Shown here one piece after another: positions 8,985 to 18,003 of a DNA stretch of 37,223 bases. Both the position numbers and the translations under genes were made by a program. Under the pieces are notes generated by a model, which did no database searches, was not told the origin of the DNA, and saw nothing but the letters and a program-made list of their open reading frames with translations. The stretch's first letter is position 1; every line of letters begins with the position of its first letter. Source of the stretch: Eubacteriales bacterium (GTDB lineage: Bacteria > Bacillota > Clostridia > Oscillospirales > UBA644); the NCBI GenBank assembly GCA_045629205.1, contig JAZQQT010000056.1, forward strand, positions 1 to 37,223, in the 5' to 3' direction.

Positions 8985-9916
8985 TGGAAAAGATTGCTTT
9001 AAGAGATGCATACGGTACCGAGCTGGTTGAACTCGGGAAAAAATACGATAATCTGTTTGTGCTTGATGCCGATCTTACAAAATCAACCAAAACAGCCGGA
9101 TTTGCAAAAGCATTTCCCGAAAGATTTGCAAACTGCGGCATTGCCGAAGGTAATATGATTTCTGTTGCTGCAGGTCTTTCTACCTGCGGAAATATTGTTT
9201 TTGCTTCTTCGTTTGCCATGTTTGCTGCAGGCAGAGCCTACGAACAGGTAAGAAATGCGGTAGGTTATCCGAAGAATAATGTTAAAGTAGTCGCAACTCA
9301 TGCCGGTCTTACAGTCGGCGAAGACGGTGCTACTCATCAGTGTCTCGAAGACATGGCGCTTATGCGTGCCATTCCGGGTATGATAGTTATCTCTCCTTCC
9401 GACGCAACACAGACAAAAGCGGCACTTCGTTTTGCCTGCGAATATAACGGACCCGTTTACATCCGTCTCGGAAGACTGGCAGTTCCCGTTATATACGGTG
9501 ATGATTATGTTTTCACTCCCGGTATTTACAATAAAATAGCAGAAGGTTCCGATATTACTCTTATGTATACCGGTCCGTTCTATGAAGCAGCTCTTCAGGC
9601 AAGAGAAATCCTTGCCGCAAAAGGCATCAGCCTTAAGATTCTTGACGTTCCGTCAATTAAACCTTTTGCAGATGAGGCTGCTGTTGAAGCAGTCAGAGAT
9701 ACCAAGGCAGTCATTACGATCGAAGATCACAATACGGTCGGCGGTTTCGGTTCTGCTGTCTGCGAAAGCCTTTGCAATATCGGAGGCGGAGTAAAAGTCA
9801 TCAGACTCGGTGCTCAGGATAAATTCGGAAAATCCGGCACCCCGGCACAGCTTCTTGCAAAATACGAAATGGATGCAGATGCGATTGTCGCAGCTGCAGA
9901 AAAGCTTTCCAAATAA
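8984..9916 (+). CDS. tktB: Transketolase, C-terminal subunit
   Basis: LDADL, GIAEGNM, GEDGATHQ, GPVYIRLGR, IEDH; TAATG overlap with the upstream subunit. Confidence 0.93.
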   Translation: MEKIALRDAYGTELVELGKKYDNLFVLDADLTKSTKTAGFAKAFPERFANCGIAEGNMISVAAGLSTCGNIVFASSFAMFAAGRAYEQVRNAVGYPKNNVKVVATHAGLTVGEDGATHQCLEDMALMRAIPGMIVISPSDATQTKAALRFACEYNGPVYIRLGRLAVPVIYGDDYVFTPGIYNKIAEGSDITLMYTGPFYEAALQAREILAAKGISLKILDVPSIKPFADEAAVEAVRDTKAVITIEDHNTVGGFGSAVCESLCNIGGGVKVIRLGAQDKFGKSGTPAQLLAKYEMDADAIVAAAEKLSK

Positions 9917-9933
9917 TATAATAAAGTCGCGTA

Positions 9934-9967
9934 GAGGCACTGTTTATATTTTTATATACAGTGTCTC
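9934..9967 (+). terminator. Hairpin after transketolase; possible weak terminator
   Basis: GAGGCACTGT...ACAGTGTCTC followed by GTTT. Confidence 0.45.
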
Positions 9968-9989
9968 GTTTATAAAGAAAGGAAACAGC

Positions 9990-11585
9990 ATGAAGAGAAA
10001 TATTCTTTGCAGAACCCTTTGTTTGATTCTTTCCCTTATAATCGCAATGTCGCTCTTCGCCGCATGCGAAAATAACACGACGGATCCCAATGTCGATCAG
10101 CCGGATGATCCTACAGTTCCCCATGAACCTGTTAAAAAGTCTGTTACCGGCGTGGTCCTTTCCGAAACGGAATTCTTTTTGGATACTCAGGGATCTATGT
10201 ATCAGCTTGTTGCGACCGTTATTCCCGCCGATGCGGAAAATACCGGAATTTCATGGTCTTCCAGCGATGAGACTGTTGCTTCCGTTGATCCGTTTTTCGG
10301 AATGGTTCTTGCGTTGAATGAAGGAACCGCTGTTATTACCGTAACTACCGACGACGGCGGATTTACTGCTTCGGCAACCGTTACTGTGGATTTTCCTGAA
10401 GTTGATGTTGAAAATATAAATCTTTCCGTAGAAAAACTTTCATTGTATGTTGATGATGTTTCCGGTATTACAGCTGAAATTCTTCCGGAAAACGCAACGG
10501 ATAAAACGATAGTATGGACTTCTTCGGATGAAACTGTTGCTGTTGTCGATGAAGGCGGTGTGGTTACAGCCCTGAAAAAAGGAACCGCAACGGTTACGGC
10601 AACGACGGTAAACGGTTTAAGTGCAAGCGTGCAGGTTGAAGTTAAGAAAAAATCAAGTTCCGACGGAAACTCCGGGTCGGACAGCAGCTCAGGCAATGAA
10701 GACGAAACGGGTTCAAAAGTTGATACTACCGATTTGAGTTTCGGACAGAATCCGAAATATCCGGCTGCAAAACTTAACGATAATGGATTCCTTTGCTCCG
10801 ATATACTCGATAAATACAACGCATATAACAAAGATATCGTTGCCTGGTTATATCTTCCCGGAACCAATCTGAATTTTCCCGTTGCTCAAAGAGAAGATAC
10901 CGATTATCTGGCTCTCGATTCGTATTATCTTACAAGAGGCCTTGATAAAAAGAGCAGAAAAGGCGGTGCCTGCTACATAGATGAGCGTGCATCCATGGTC
11001 AGAAATTACGGTCAGTTCCTTAATCATAATACTGTTATTTACGGACACGCTCTTGATGAAGGAAATATTTTCGACCAGCTTGAAAATGTTACCCGAACAG
11101 ATGAATGGTTTAATAAAGAATCCAACAGATACATATACATCAATACTTTGAAATACAGATATAAATTCAAGATTTTCGCAACGTATTATCTTGATACTTC
11201 CGATGTTTCCAAATCTGTTATTCAGGACATCGATTTTATTAAAATCAATGATGTTCTGGCGCTTTATGCCGGAGATCCTTCAAATGAAAACTACAGCGAT
11301 GCGCGCACCCGCCTTATAAATCATGCCCCGAGCAGTAAATTTATGCTCTCGGAAAAATCATTGAAGGATACGGACGCATTTAAAAATTTCTTTAATAACT
11401 GGAAAGACAGGGTTTGTTCTTCATATTCTGAAAAAGGCGTAAATTACGGATATCTTAAGAACCGTGATTTCGGTGTAACGGTTTCGGATGATGATGTTTG
11501 CATTACTCTTTATACGTGTGCCGATTCGGGAGAAGTAATGAAGTATATTGTTCAGGCCGTTATGGTTGCCAAAGAATCAAGATAA
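9990..11585 (+). CDS. Lipoprotein with two Ig-like (Big_2) domains fused to a class B sortase domain
   Basis: Signal peptide ending LFAA-C; two repeats with WSSSDETVASVD / WTSSDETVAVVD; Ser/Gly/Asp linker; NKDIVAWLYLPGT, NTVIYGH, ITLYTC; ATG at 9990 after AAAGGA. Confidence 0.85.
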   Translation: MKRNILCRTLCLILSLIIAMSLFAACENNTTDPNVDQPDDPTVPHEPVKKSVTGVVLSETEFFLDTQGSMYQLVATVIPADAENTGISWSSSDETVASVDPFFGMVLALNEGTAVITVTTDDGGFTASATVTVDFPEVDVENINLSVEKLSLYVDDVSGITAEILPENATDKTIVWTSSDETVAVVDEGGVVTALKKGTATVTATTVNGLSASVQVEVKKKSSSDGNSGSDSSSGNEDETGSKVDTTDLSFGQNPKYPAAKLNDNGFLCSDILDKYNAYNKDIVAWLYLPGTNLNFPVAQREDTDYLALDSYYLTRGLDKKSRKGGACYIDERASMVRNYGQFLNHNTVIYGHALDEGNIFDQLENVTRTDEWFNKESNRYIYINTLKYRYKFKIFATYYLDTSDVSKSVIQDIDFIKINDVLALYAGDPSNENYSDARTRLINHAPSSKFMLSEKSLKDTDAFKNFFNNWKDRVCSSYSEKGVNYGYLKNRDFGVTVSDDDVCITLYTCADSGEVMKYIVQAVMVAKESR

Positions 11586-11597
11586 AGGTGATTTTTA

Positions 11598-12677
11598 ATG
11601 GAAAACGAAGAAAAAAACACTCAGAAAGCTGAAGAAACCGTAAAAAACGAAGAACAAATCAAAGCGGATAAAGAAGCTTTTGAAGAGGCTTTGTATGCTG
11701 CCCCGGACGAAGATGATGAAGAGGAAGCCGAAAAGCCGAAAAAGAAGAAAAAAGGCAGATACGGTCCGATTTCAATTATTCTTTTGGTTATCTGCGCCGG
11801 AGTATTCGTATATTCCATGACGAATATATTGAAGCTTACGCCAAACGATTTTTCCACAAAGAGCATAATTGACGAGTTAAAACAAGAGGGGTTAAAATAC
11901 GACGAAGAATATTCGTATATCTATAATGATATTGATAATCCCGAACAGCATGCCGATGATCCGAATGATCCTTCATCTCAGGGACAAGATAAAAAGAAAA
12001 CGGCAAAGCTTGTGCTTGATGAAACGGACGGCTCGATTAGCTTTCTTGCAAGACCTCTGTCGGCAACAAAAAACAGCAGAAACGCCGACATTACCGCATG
12101 GTTGTTTTTCCCTGACGTTGCAGGCGCAGTGTCTCCGGGTTTGACGATAGATACTGCTGTCGTAAAATATAAGGATAACGACTATTATCTTTCTCATGAT
12201 CTTGAAAAGAAGGAAAACGAAAACGGATGGATCTTCTTTGACAGTAATTGCGATGGGACTTATCTGACTAATAACAGAAATACCATTCTTTACGGTCACG
12301 CGAGAAGTGACAATATGTTCGGCGGACTTAAGTATCTTAACGAAAAACCAAAATGGTATGAGAATAAGTCCAATCATTATATCCGTATTCAGACTGAAAG
12401 CCAGGACACTATCTGGCAGATATTCGCTTGGTATGAGACCAATGTGGATGATGAAGTGGCATCCGGTTACAATTATATCACAAAAAAATTCCCGAGCGAT
12501 GAATATTACGTGGAATTTCTCAATAGGCTCCAGAGTAAGAATATGATTGATTCTTTTACAAGGTTTGAGTTTGATGCCGATGATAAGATTCTGACATTGT
12601 CAACCTGTAAGACCTATGATAAAGCAATAAGAGTTGTTATTCATGCGAAACTGGTAAAACTGAGAATTTGGGAATAA
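11598..12677 (+). CDS. srtB: Class B sortase
   Basis: Charged N-tail plus one TM; NADITAW, DNDYYL, NTILYGH, LTLSTC...RVVIHAK giving a His-Cys-Arg triad. Confidence 0.88.
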   Translation: MENEEKNTQKAEETVKNEEQIKADKEAFEEALYAAPDEDDEEEAEKPKKKKKGRYGPISIILLVICAGVFVYSMTNILKLTPNDFSTKSIIDELKQEGLKYDEEYSYIYNDIDNPEQHADDPNDPSSQGQDKKKTAKLVLDETDGSISFLARPLSATKNSRNADITAWLFFPDVAGAVSPGLTIDTAVVKYKDNDYYLSHDLEKKENENGWIFFDSNCDGTYLTNNRNTILYGHARSDNMFGGLKYLNEKPKWYENKSNHYIRIQTESQDTIWQIFAWYETNVDDEVASGYNYITKKFPSDEYYVEFLNRLQSKNMIDSFTRFEFDADDKILTLSTCKTYDKAIRVVIHAKLVKLRIWE

Positions 12678-12791
12678 CAGGTATCATATACTGTATGCTT
12701 GCTAAAAAATAAAGAAAATGAGCTGAAAATATAAGAAAATCAGTCATTTTTGTTTATTTTGCACAAAACCCCAGATGTCGCATATTATGTA

Positions 12792-12819
12792 TTGACACTA
12801 TATATTCCGATAATAGAAT
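12792..12819 (+). promoter_or_regulatory. Putative sigma-A promoter
   Basis: TTGACA, 16 bp, TAGAAT. Confidence 0.45.
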
Positions 12820-12829
12820 AATTTTTTAT

Positions 12830-12858
12830 AACGGACACAATATCTTGTGTCCGTTTTG
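12830..12858 (+). promoter_or_regulatory. Perfect 11-bp inverted repeat; terminator and/or NrdR-box-like operator
   Basis: AACGGACACAA-tatc-TTGTGTCCGTT-TTG; core ACACAATATCTTGTGT. Confidence 0.55.
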
Positions 12859-12998
12859 TTATACACGCATAACAAACGGCTATGATGTATGGTATAAGAG
12901 TGATAAATTACAAGAAAAACTGATTGGTATTTTATGCAATATAACTAAAAATGCGATTGAGGTCGTTTTTTCTAAAGAAACATAACGTGTTTCGTCGA

Positions 12999-13027
12999 TT
13001 GACTTATTTATATATATAATATATAAT
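12999..13027 (+). promoter_or_regulatory. Sigma-A promoter of the carbohydrate ABC module
   Basis: TTGACT, 17 bp, TATAAT; flanked by palindromes at 12977-12993 and 13036-13052. Confidence 0.7.
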
Positions 13028-13090
13028 TACGTGCATAAACTGTCGGTTTATCGGTAATATTTTATCGAAATCGACATAAGGAAAAGGAAG

Positions 13091-16063
13091 GTGTTTATAT
13101 TGCGCAGAAAACGGGTATTTGCTGCAGCGATTGTTATCGTGATGATTATTTCGCTGTTTGCACTTTCTGCCTGTGGAAACGGTGGTAAAAGCGAGTCGAG
13201 TGCATCCGACGTGCCGTTTGTTCCCACATATAAAAGCGGTTCTTTCGGTGAGTTTCTGCAACTGAAAGCCAGAGAATCAAGACCGAATGTCGAAGTTGAC
13301 CTCGGAATAAATTCTCCGTTGGCTTTTTATGTTCCGGAAGATTATACCGAACAGGATGAGCAATTTGACTTCAACTATTCTGTCGGTGGTCGGACAGGAG
13401 TTGTATATACTCCGTCTGAAGGCTGGGTAGAATATGTTGTCAATGTTCCTTCTGCCGGTCTTTACTGTATAGGCGTAAATTATTATGCTATCCAGGATAA
13501 GAGCGCAGCTGTTGAGAGAACAATATATGTTAACGGAGAGCTTCAGTTTAACGAAGCTCGTTCTTCGACGTTGGATCGTATCTACAAAGATAATGTTGAA
13601 GATGTTCTGGATTATGAGTCGTTCTTCTCCGAAGACGCCAAAGGTAATCAAACCAGAAGAGAACAGGTTGAACTTTTCAGATGGAATGACGGTGCATATA
13701 TAAAAGATGCTTCTGCGTCATATACTACGCCTTTGCAGTTTTATTTCGAGAAAGGCGAGAATGTAATCAGAATCGAATCAGTCCGTGAACCCTGTGCTTT
13801 TTCACGTATCTGGTTATACGGTTATCAGGAGCTTGAAGATTATGAAGTATTCCTGATGAAGAATGAATTCAATCGTAATGATGGTTCCAACGAAATAGAT
13901 AAGATTCAGGCTGAGACTCCTCAGGCTAAAAACGATCCCACATTGTTTGCCTCTTATGACAGAGCATCGGCTGCTACTGAGCCTGCAAGTATTACGACAA
14001 TTAAGCTTAATACCATCGGCGGAAACGCTTCCGGTGATCCGAGCTGGAGAACAAGCGGTCAGTGGATTGAATATGTCGTTGATGTTCCGGTCGAAGGTCT
14101 CTATAAAATCGTTATGAGAGCTCGCCAGAGTACGATGAACGGTTCGTTTGTCAGCAGAAAGATTCTGATAAACGGTGAACTTCAGTTTGCCGAAGCTCAG
14201 AATGTTGCAATCGGATATTCTTCAGACTGGCAGATGCTTACGCCTAAAGATGAAGGCGGCAACGAGCTGATGTTCCTGTTCAAACAAGGACAGAATACTA
14301 TTCGTTTTGAGTGCGGTTACGGTCAGATGGGCGATGTTATCAATGCCGTTGATGCCATTATCGCCAGACTTAACGATGATTATGCCAAAATTCTTATGAT
14401 TACAGGTTCTTCGCCCGATATCTACAGAGACTATGAATTTGACGAAGAGCTCCCGGATGTAGTTGCCGACTTTAAGACTCAGGCCGACATATTAAGAGAT
14501 GTTCATGACGAGCTGGTCAATGTTCTCGGCAGTGAAGGTCAGTATACATCTATTTTAAGAACTGTTTATAATCATCTTTATTCTCTTAATGAAAACCCTG
14601 ATTCCATAGCAAAGGATTTCTCGGTTTTCAAAAATAATATTACAAACCTCGGCACTTGGCTGTCCGATATCCGTTCGCAGCCGCTCGAAATAGACTATAT
14701 CATAGTTGCCGAAGAAAACTACAAGGCTCCCGCAGCCGAAGCCGGATTTTTCCAGGGACTTTGGTTCCAGACAAAGATGTTTTTCTCATCTTTCTTTACC
14801 GACTTTAACAGTATTTCTGCTGCAGGCGGAAATACTTATTCCGAAAATTGTAAGGTTTGGATTCTTTCGGCAAGAGATCAGGCTCAGGTCTTAAGACAGA
14901 TTATAGACCGTTCGTTTATTGATGAATATCAGATTAATCTTTCTCTTGATCTTGTTCCGGGCGGTTCGGTTCTTCCGTCAATCCTTGCCAATAAAGGTCC
15001 TGATATTATTCTTGGTCAAACAACAGAAACAGTAGTCAATTACGCAACCAGAGGCGCTCTTGAGCCGCTTGAAGGTTACGCAGGGTTTGACAAGGTTGTT
15101 TCAGAAAGATTTATTGATAATTCCACTCTCGGTATGTCCGTTGTAGTTGAAGAGGAAGGTAAGAAAGTCACTCACGTTTATGGTTTGCCCGAAACCATGA
15201 CTTTCGGAGTTCTTTTCTACAGAACCGATATTCTTGAGGATATAGGAAAGAATGTTCCGGAAACATGGGATGAGGTTTATTCATTGATCCCCGTACTCCA
15301 GAAACATTCTATGGATTTTGCTCCGCCGGATTATCAGACAATACTTTATCAGAACGGCGGATATCTTTACAGAGATAAGGATACAAACGGTCAGTTTACC
15401 GATATAGATTCCGAAATCGGCATTCAGTCCTTTATTACATTTACCGATTTCTATACAAGTTACGGTATTCCGATCTCATATGATTTCCCCAACAGATTCC
15501 GTCTCGGCGAAATGCCTGCCGGTGTTAATGATCTTTATGCTTTCTATAATAAGATGGCAGTCTTCGCTCCCGAAATCAAAGGTTTGTGGACATTCTCAGC
15601 TATTCCCGGAACCGAAAAGGCAGACGGCGAAGTTGACCGCAGCACACTTGCGGCATTTACCGCATCATGTATGTTGTCAGGCGCAAAGAACAAAGACAAT
15701 GCATGGAAATTCCTTGATTGGTGGACAAGCGATGAAGTTCAGACAACATTCGGACGGGAAATCGAATCCGTTCTCGGTGCTGCCGGACGTTATAACTCGG
15801 CAAACGTTTCAGCCGTTCTTAATATGAGCTGGACGGCTGCGGAAACAAAAGCAATCGCAGAACAGATAAAATATCTTGTTCCTACGCCCGAACATGTCGG
15901 CGGATATTATCTTACGAGATATCTCGGGTTCTCCAAAAACAGCGTAGTTGTTGATTATGAAGAACCGAGAACGGTTATTCTTGATAATTCCAAGTTCATA
16001 AACGACGAACTTGAAAACAAACGTAAAGAATTGGGTCTTCCTTTAGACTCAATCGCAGACTGA
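13091..16063 (+). CDS. Large extracellular solute-binding lipoprotein: two CBM-like beta-sandwich repeats, helical linker, C-terminal sugar-binding SBP domain
   Basis: Lipobox LSA-C; internal repeat GWVEYVVNVPSAGLY / GQWIEYVVDVPVEGLY; SBP motifs LFYRTDILEDIG..VPETWDE and AWKFLDWWTS; alternative TTG start at 13100. Confidence 0.85.
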   Translation: MFILRRKRVFAAAIVIVMIISLFALSACGNGGKSESSASDVPFVPTYKSGSFGEFLQLKARESRPNVEVDLGINSPLAFYVPEDYTEQDEQFDFNYSVGGRTGVVYTPSEGWVEYVVNVPSAGLYCIGVNYYAIQDKSAAVERTIYVNGELQFNEARSSTLDRIYKDNVEDVLDYESFFSEDAKGNQTRREQVELFRWNDGAYIKDASASYTTPLQFYFEKGENVIRIESVREPCAFSRIWLYGYQELEDYEVFLMKNEFNRNDGSNEIDKIQAETPQAKNDPTLFASYDRASAATEPASITTIKLNTIGGNASGDPSWRTSGQWIEYVVDVPVEGLYKIVMRARQSTMNGSFVSRKILINGELQFAEAQNVAIGYSSDWQMLTPKDEGGNELMFLFKQGQNTIRFECGYGQMGDVINAVDAIIARLNDDYAKILMITGSSPDIYRDYEFDEELPDVVADFKTQADILRDVHDELVNVLGSEGQYTSILRTVYNHLYSLNENPDSIAKDFSVFKNNITNLGTWLSDIRSQPLEIDYIIVAEENYKAPAAEAGFFQGLWFQTKMFFSSFFTDFNSISAAGGNTYSENCKVWILSARDQAQVLRQIIDRSFIDEYQINLSLDLVPGGSVLPSILANKGPDIILGQTTETVVNYATRGALEPLEGYAGFDKVVSERFIDNSTLGMSVVVEEEGKKVTHVYGLPETMTFGVLFYRTDILEDIGKNVPETWDEVYSLIPVLQKHSMDFAPPDYQTILYQNGGYLYRDKDTNGQFTDIDSEIGIQSFITFTDFYTSYGIPISYDFPNRFRLGEMPAGVNDLYAFYNKMAVFAPEIKGLWTFSAIPGTEKADGEVDRSTLAAFTASCMLSGAKNKDNAWKFLDWWTSDEVQTTFGREIESVLGAAGRYNSANVSAVLNMSWTAAETKAIAEQIKYLVPTPEHVGGYYLTRYLGFSKNSVVVDYEEPRTVILDNSKFINDELENKRKELGLPLDSIAD

Positions 16064-16079
16064 AAGGAGGAAAATAAAA

Positions 16080-17003
16080 ATGGCTGAAAAAACACTTGCG
16101 AAAAAAGCCTCGTCGTTATCAAAAAAGAGACGTTTCGAAAATCTTGACCTGATTGTTTTCCTCGGGCCGTATCTTATCACCTTCCTTGCTTTCTCGATAC
16201 TTCCGGTTTTTGTTTCGGCTATTCTTGCTTTTACCAATTTCAACATGTTGGAAATACCGGATTTTGTCGGATTTGATAACTTCAGAGATTTGTTTCTCAG
16301 CGATGAGGTTTTTACCGATTCAATAGAAACCACTCTTATTCTTGCAATCGTAACCGGTCCTCTTTGCTATTTTATGTGTTTCGGATTTGCATGGCTTATC
16401 AATGAGGTTCCGCCGAAGCCGAGAGCATTCCTTACATTATTATTCTACGCTCCGTCACTTGCAGGCGGTTTCGCGTTTGTATGGCAGCTTCTCTTTTCCG
16501 GAGACTCAAACGGATATATCAACTCATGGCTTCTTTCATGGGGTATTATTTCCGAACCGATACAATTCCTTGTCGATGCAAACTGGATGTGGCCGGTATG
16601 TATTCTGATTATTTTATGGTCTTCTCTCGGAACGTCATTCCTTACGATGATTTCCGGTTTGCAGACCGTTGATAAATCTCTTTATGAAGCCGGTGCTGTT
16701 GACGGTATCAAAAACAGATGGCAGGAGCTTTATTATATAACCCTTCCTTCCATGAGAGGTCACCTTATGTTCGGTGCCATTCTGAGTATTACCGGTTCAT
16801 TCGGTATCGGCGGTATCATCACCTCCGTTTTCGGATTCCCGACTCAGGATTATACTCTTCATACAATCATGCACTGTCTTGACGACTACGGCGGAACGCG
16901 TTTTGAAATGGGTAAGGCTTCGGCCATTGCCGTAATTCTTTTCGTGCTCTCCTTTGCATCAAATAAACTTGTTCAGTTCCTGCTCAACAGGGTAGGCAAG
17001 TAG
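16080..17003 (+). CDS. Carbohydrate ABC transporter permease (MalF/UgpA type)
   Basis: FVGFDNF, EAA loop LYEAGAVDG, MGKASAIA. Confidence 0.92.
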   Translation: MAEKTLAKKASSLSKKRRFENLDLIVFLGPYLITFLAFSILPVFVSAILAFTNFNMLEIPDFVGFDNFRDLFLSDEVFTDSIETTLILAIVTGPLCYFMCFGFAWLINEVPPKPRAFLTLLFYAPSLAGGFAFVWQLLFSGDSNGYINSWLLSWGIISEPIQFLVDANWMWPVCILIILWSSLGTSFLTMISGLQTVDKSLYEAGAVDGIKNRWQELYYITLPSMRGHLMFGAILSITGSFGIGGIITSVFGFPTQDYTLHTIMHCLDDYGGTRFEMGKASAIAVILFVLSFASNKLVQFLLNRVGK

Positions 17004-17017
17004 AAAGGAGAACGAAT

Positions 17018-17989
17018 ATGACTAACAGTGATACAATGCCTGTTGTAAAACAGAAACAATCATTTTTCGGCAAACTTTTCGGAAAGAAACCTCCGGAACT
17101 TGACGAAAACGGCAATCCGGTTTATAAGAAAAAGAAAAAGCTCTTTAAAAAGAGAGTTAACAGAAGCTTTGCCGGAGACCTTACGTTATTCCTTCTCCTT
17201 TTAATCGGCGGTTTGTTTATGGGCTTCCCGTTCGTATACGCTTTGAGTAACTCACTCAAACCGATGAATGAGTTGTTCCTCTTTCCTCCGAACCTGATTG
17301 TTAAAAACCCGACATTCAAAAACTATGTTGACCTTGTCAACATTATGTCCAACTCGTTGGTTCCGTTTTCAAAATACCTGTTTAACACGCTGTTCATTAC
17401 TATAACGGGTACTTTCTTTAACGTTATCGGTCCTTCTCTTGCGGCTTATCCGATGTCAAAGAGAAAGTTCTGGGGCAAAGAGTTCTGGTTTAAGTTTTCA
17501 TCCATTGCTCTTATGTTTACCACAACGGCATCAACAATTTCCAACTATATAATTATGGCAAACCTCGGTTGGATTGATACTTATTACAGCCTACTTATTC
17601 CTGCATTGGGTTCTTCATTCTCCCTTTATCTTATTAAACAATATATGGACGGATTCCCGGATGTTATTCTTGAATCCGCACGTATGGACGGAGCCGGAGA
17701 GTTCAGAATCTTCTTCCAGATTTTGATGCCTGCTATCAAACCCGGATGGCTGACGCTTATAGTTTTCTCGGTTCAAAATTTCTGGAATACAGGTTCAACA
17801 ATTTATATCTACCGTGAAGAGTTAAAAACACTTAACTATGCTCTCGGTCAGATTGCCGCAGCCGGTATTGCGAGAACCGGTGTTTCGATGGCAATTTCGA
17901 TTGTCATGATGATTTTGCCGGTATTTGTTTTTGTTATTTCTCAGAGTAACATAATCGAAACGATGGCAACATCAGGTATGAAAGATTAA
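17018..17989 (+). CDS. Carbohydrate ABC transporter permease (MalG/UgpE type)
   Basis: SLKPMNEL, EAA loop ILESARMDGAGEFRIF. Confidence 0.92.
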   Translation: MTNSDTMPVVKQKQSFFGKLFGKKPPELDENGNPVYKKKKKLFKKRVNRSFAGDLTLFLLLLIGGLFMGFPFVYALSNSLKPMNELFLFPPNLIVKNPTFKNYVDLVNIMSNSLVPFSKYLFNTLFITITGTFFNVIGPSLAAYPMSKRKFWGKEFWFKFSSIALMFTTTASTISNYIIMANLGWIDTYYSLLIPALGSSFSLYLIKQYMDGFPDVILESARMDGAGEFRIFFQILMPAIKPGWLTLIVFSVQNFWNTGSTIYIYREELKTLNYALGQIAAAGIARTGVSMAISIVMMILPVFVFVISQSNIIETMATSGMKD

Positions 17990-18003
17990 GGAGGGATGCA
18001 GAA

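Noticed and set aside
8181-9916. Split transketolase as a possible frameshifted pseudogene
   Set aside because: Two-subunit transketolases are normal in Clostridia; the second gene has its own RBS and TAATG coupling.
10202-10867. 221-aa minus ORF
   Set aside because: Antisense to the Ig repeats; codon-bias shadow.
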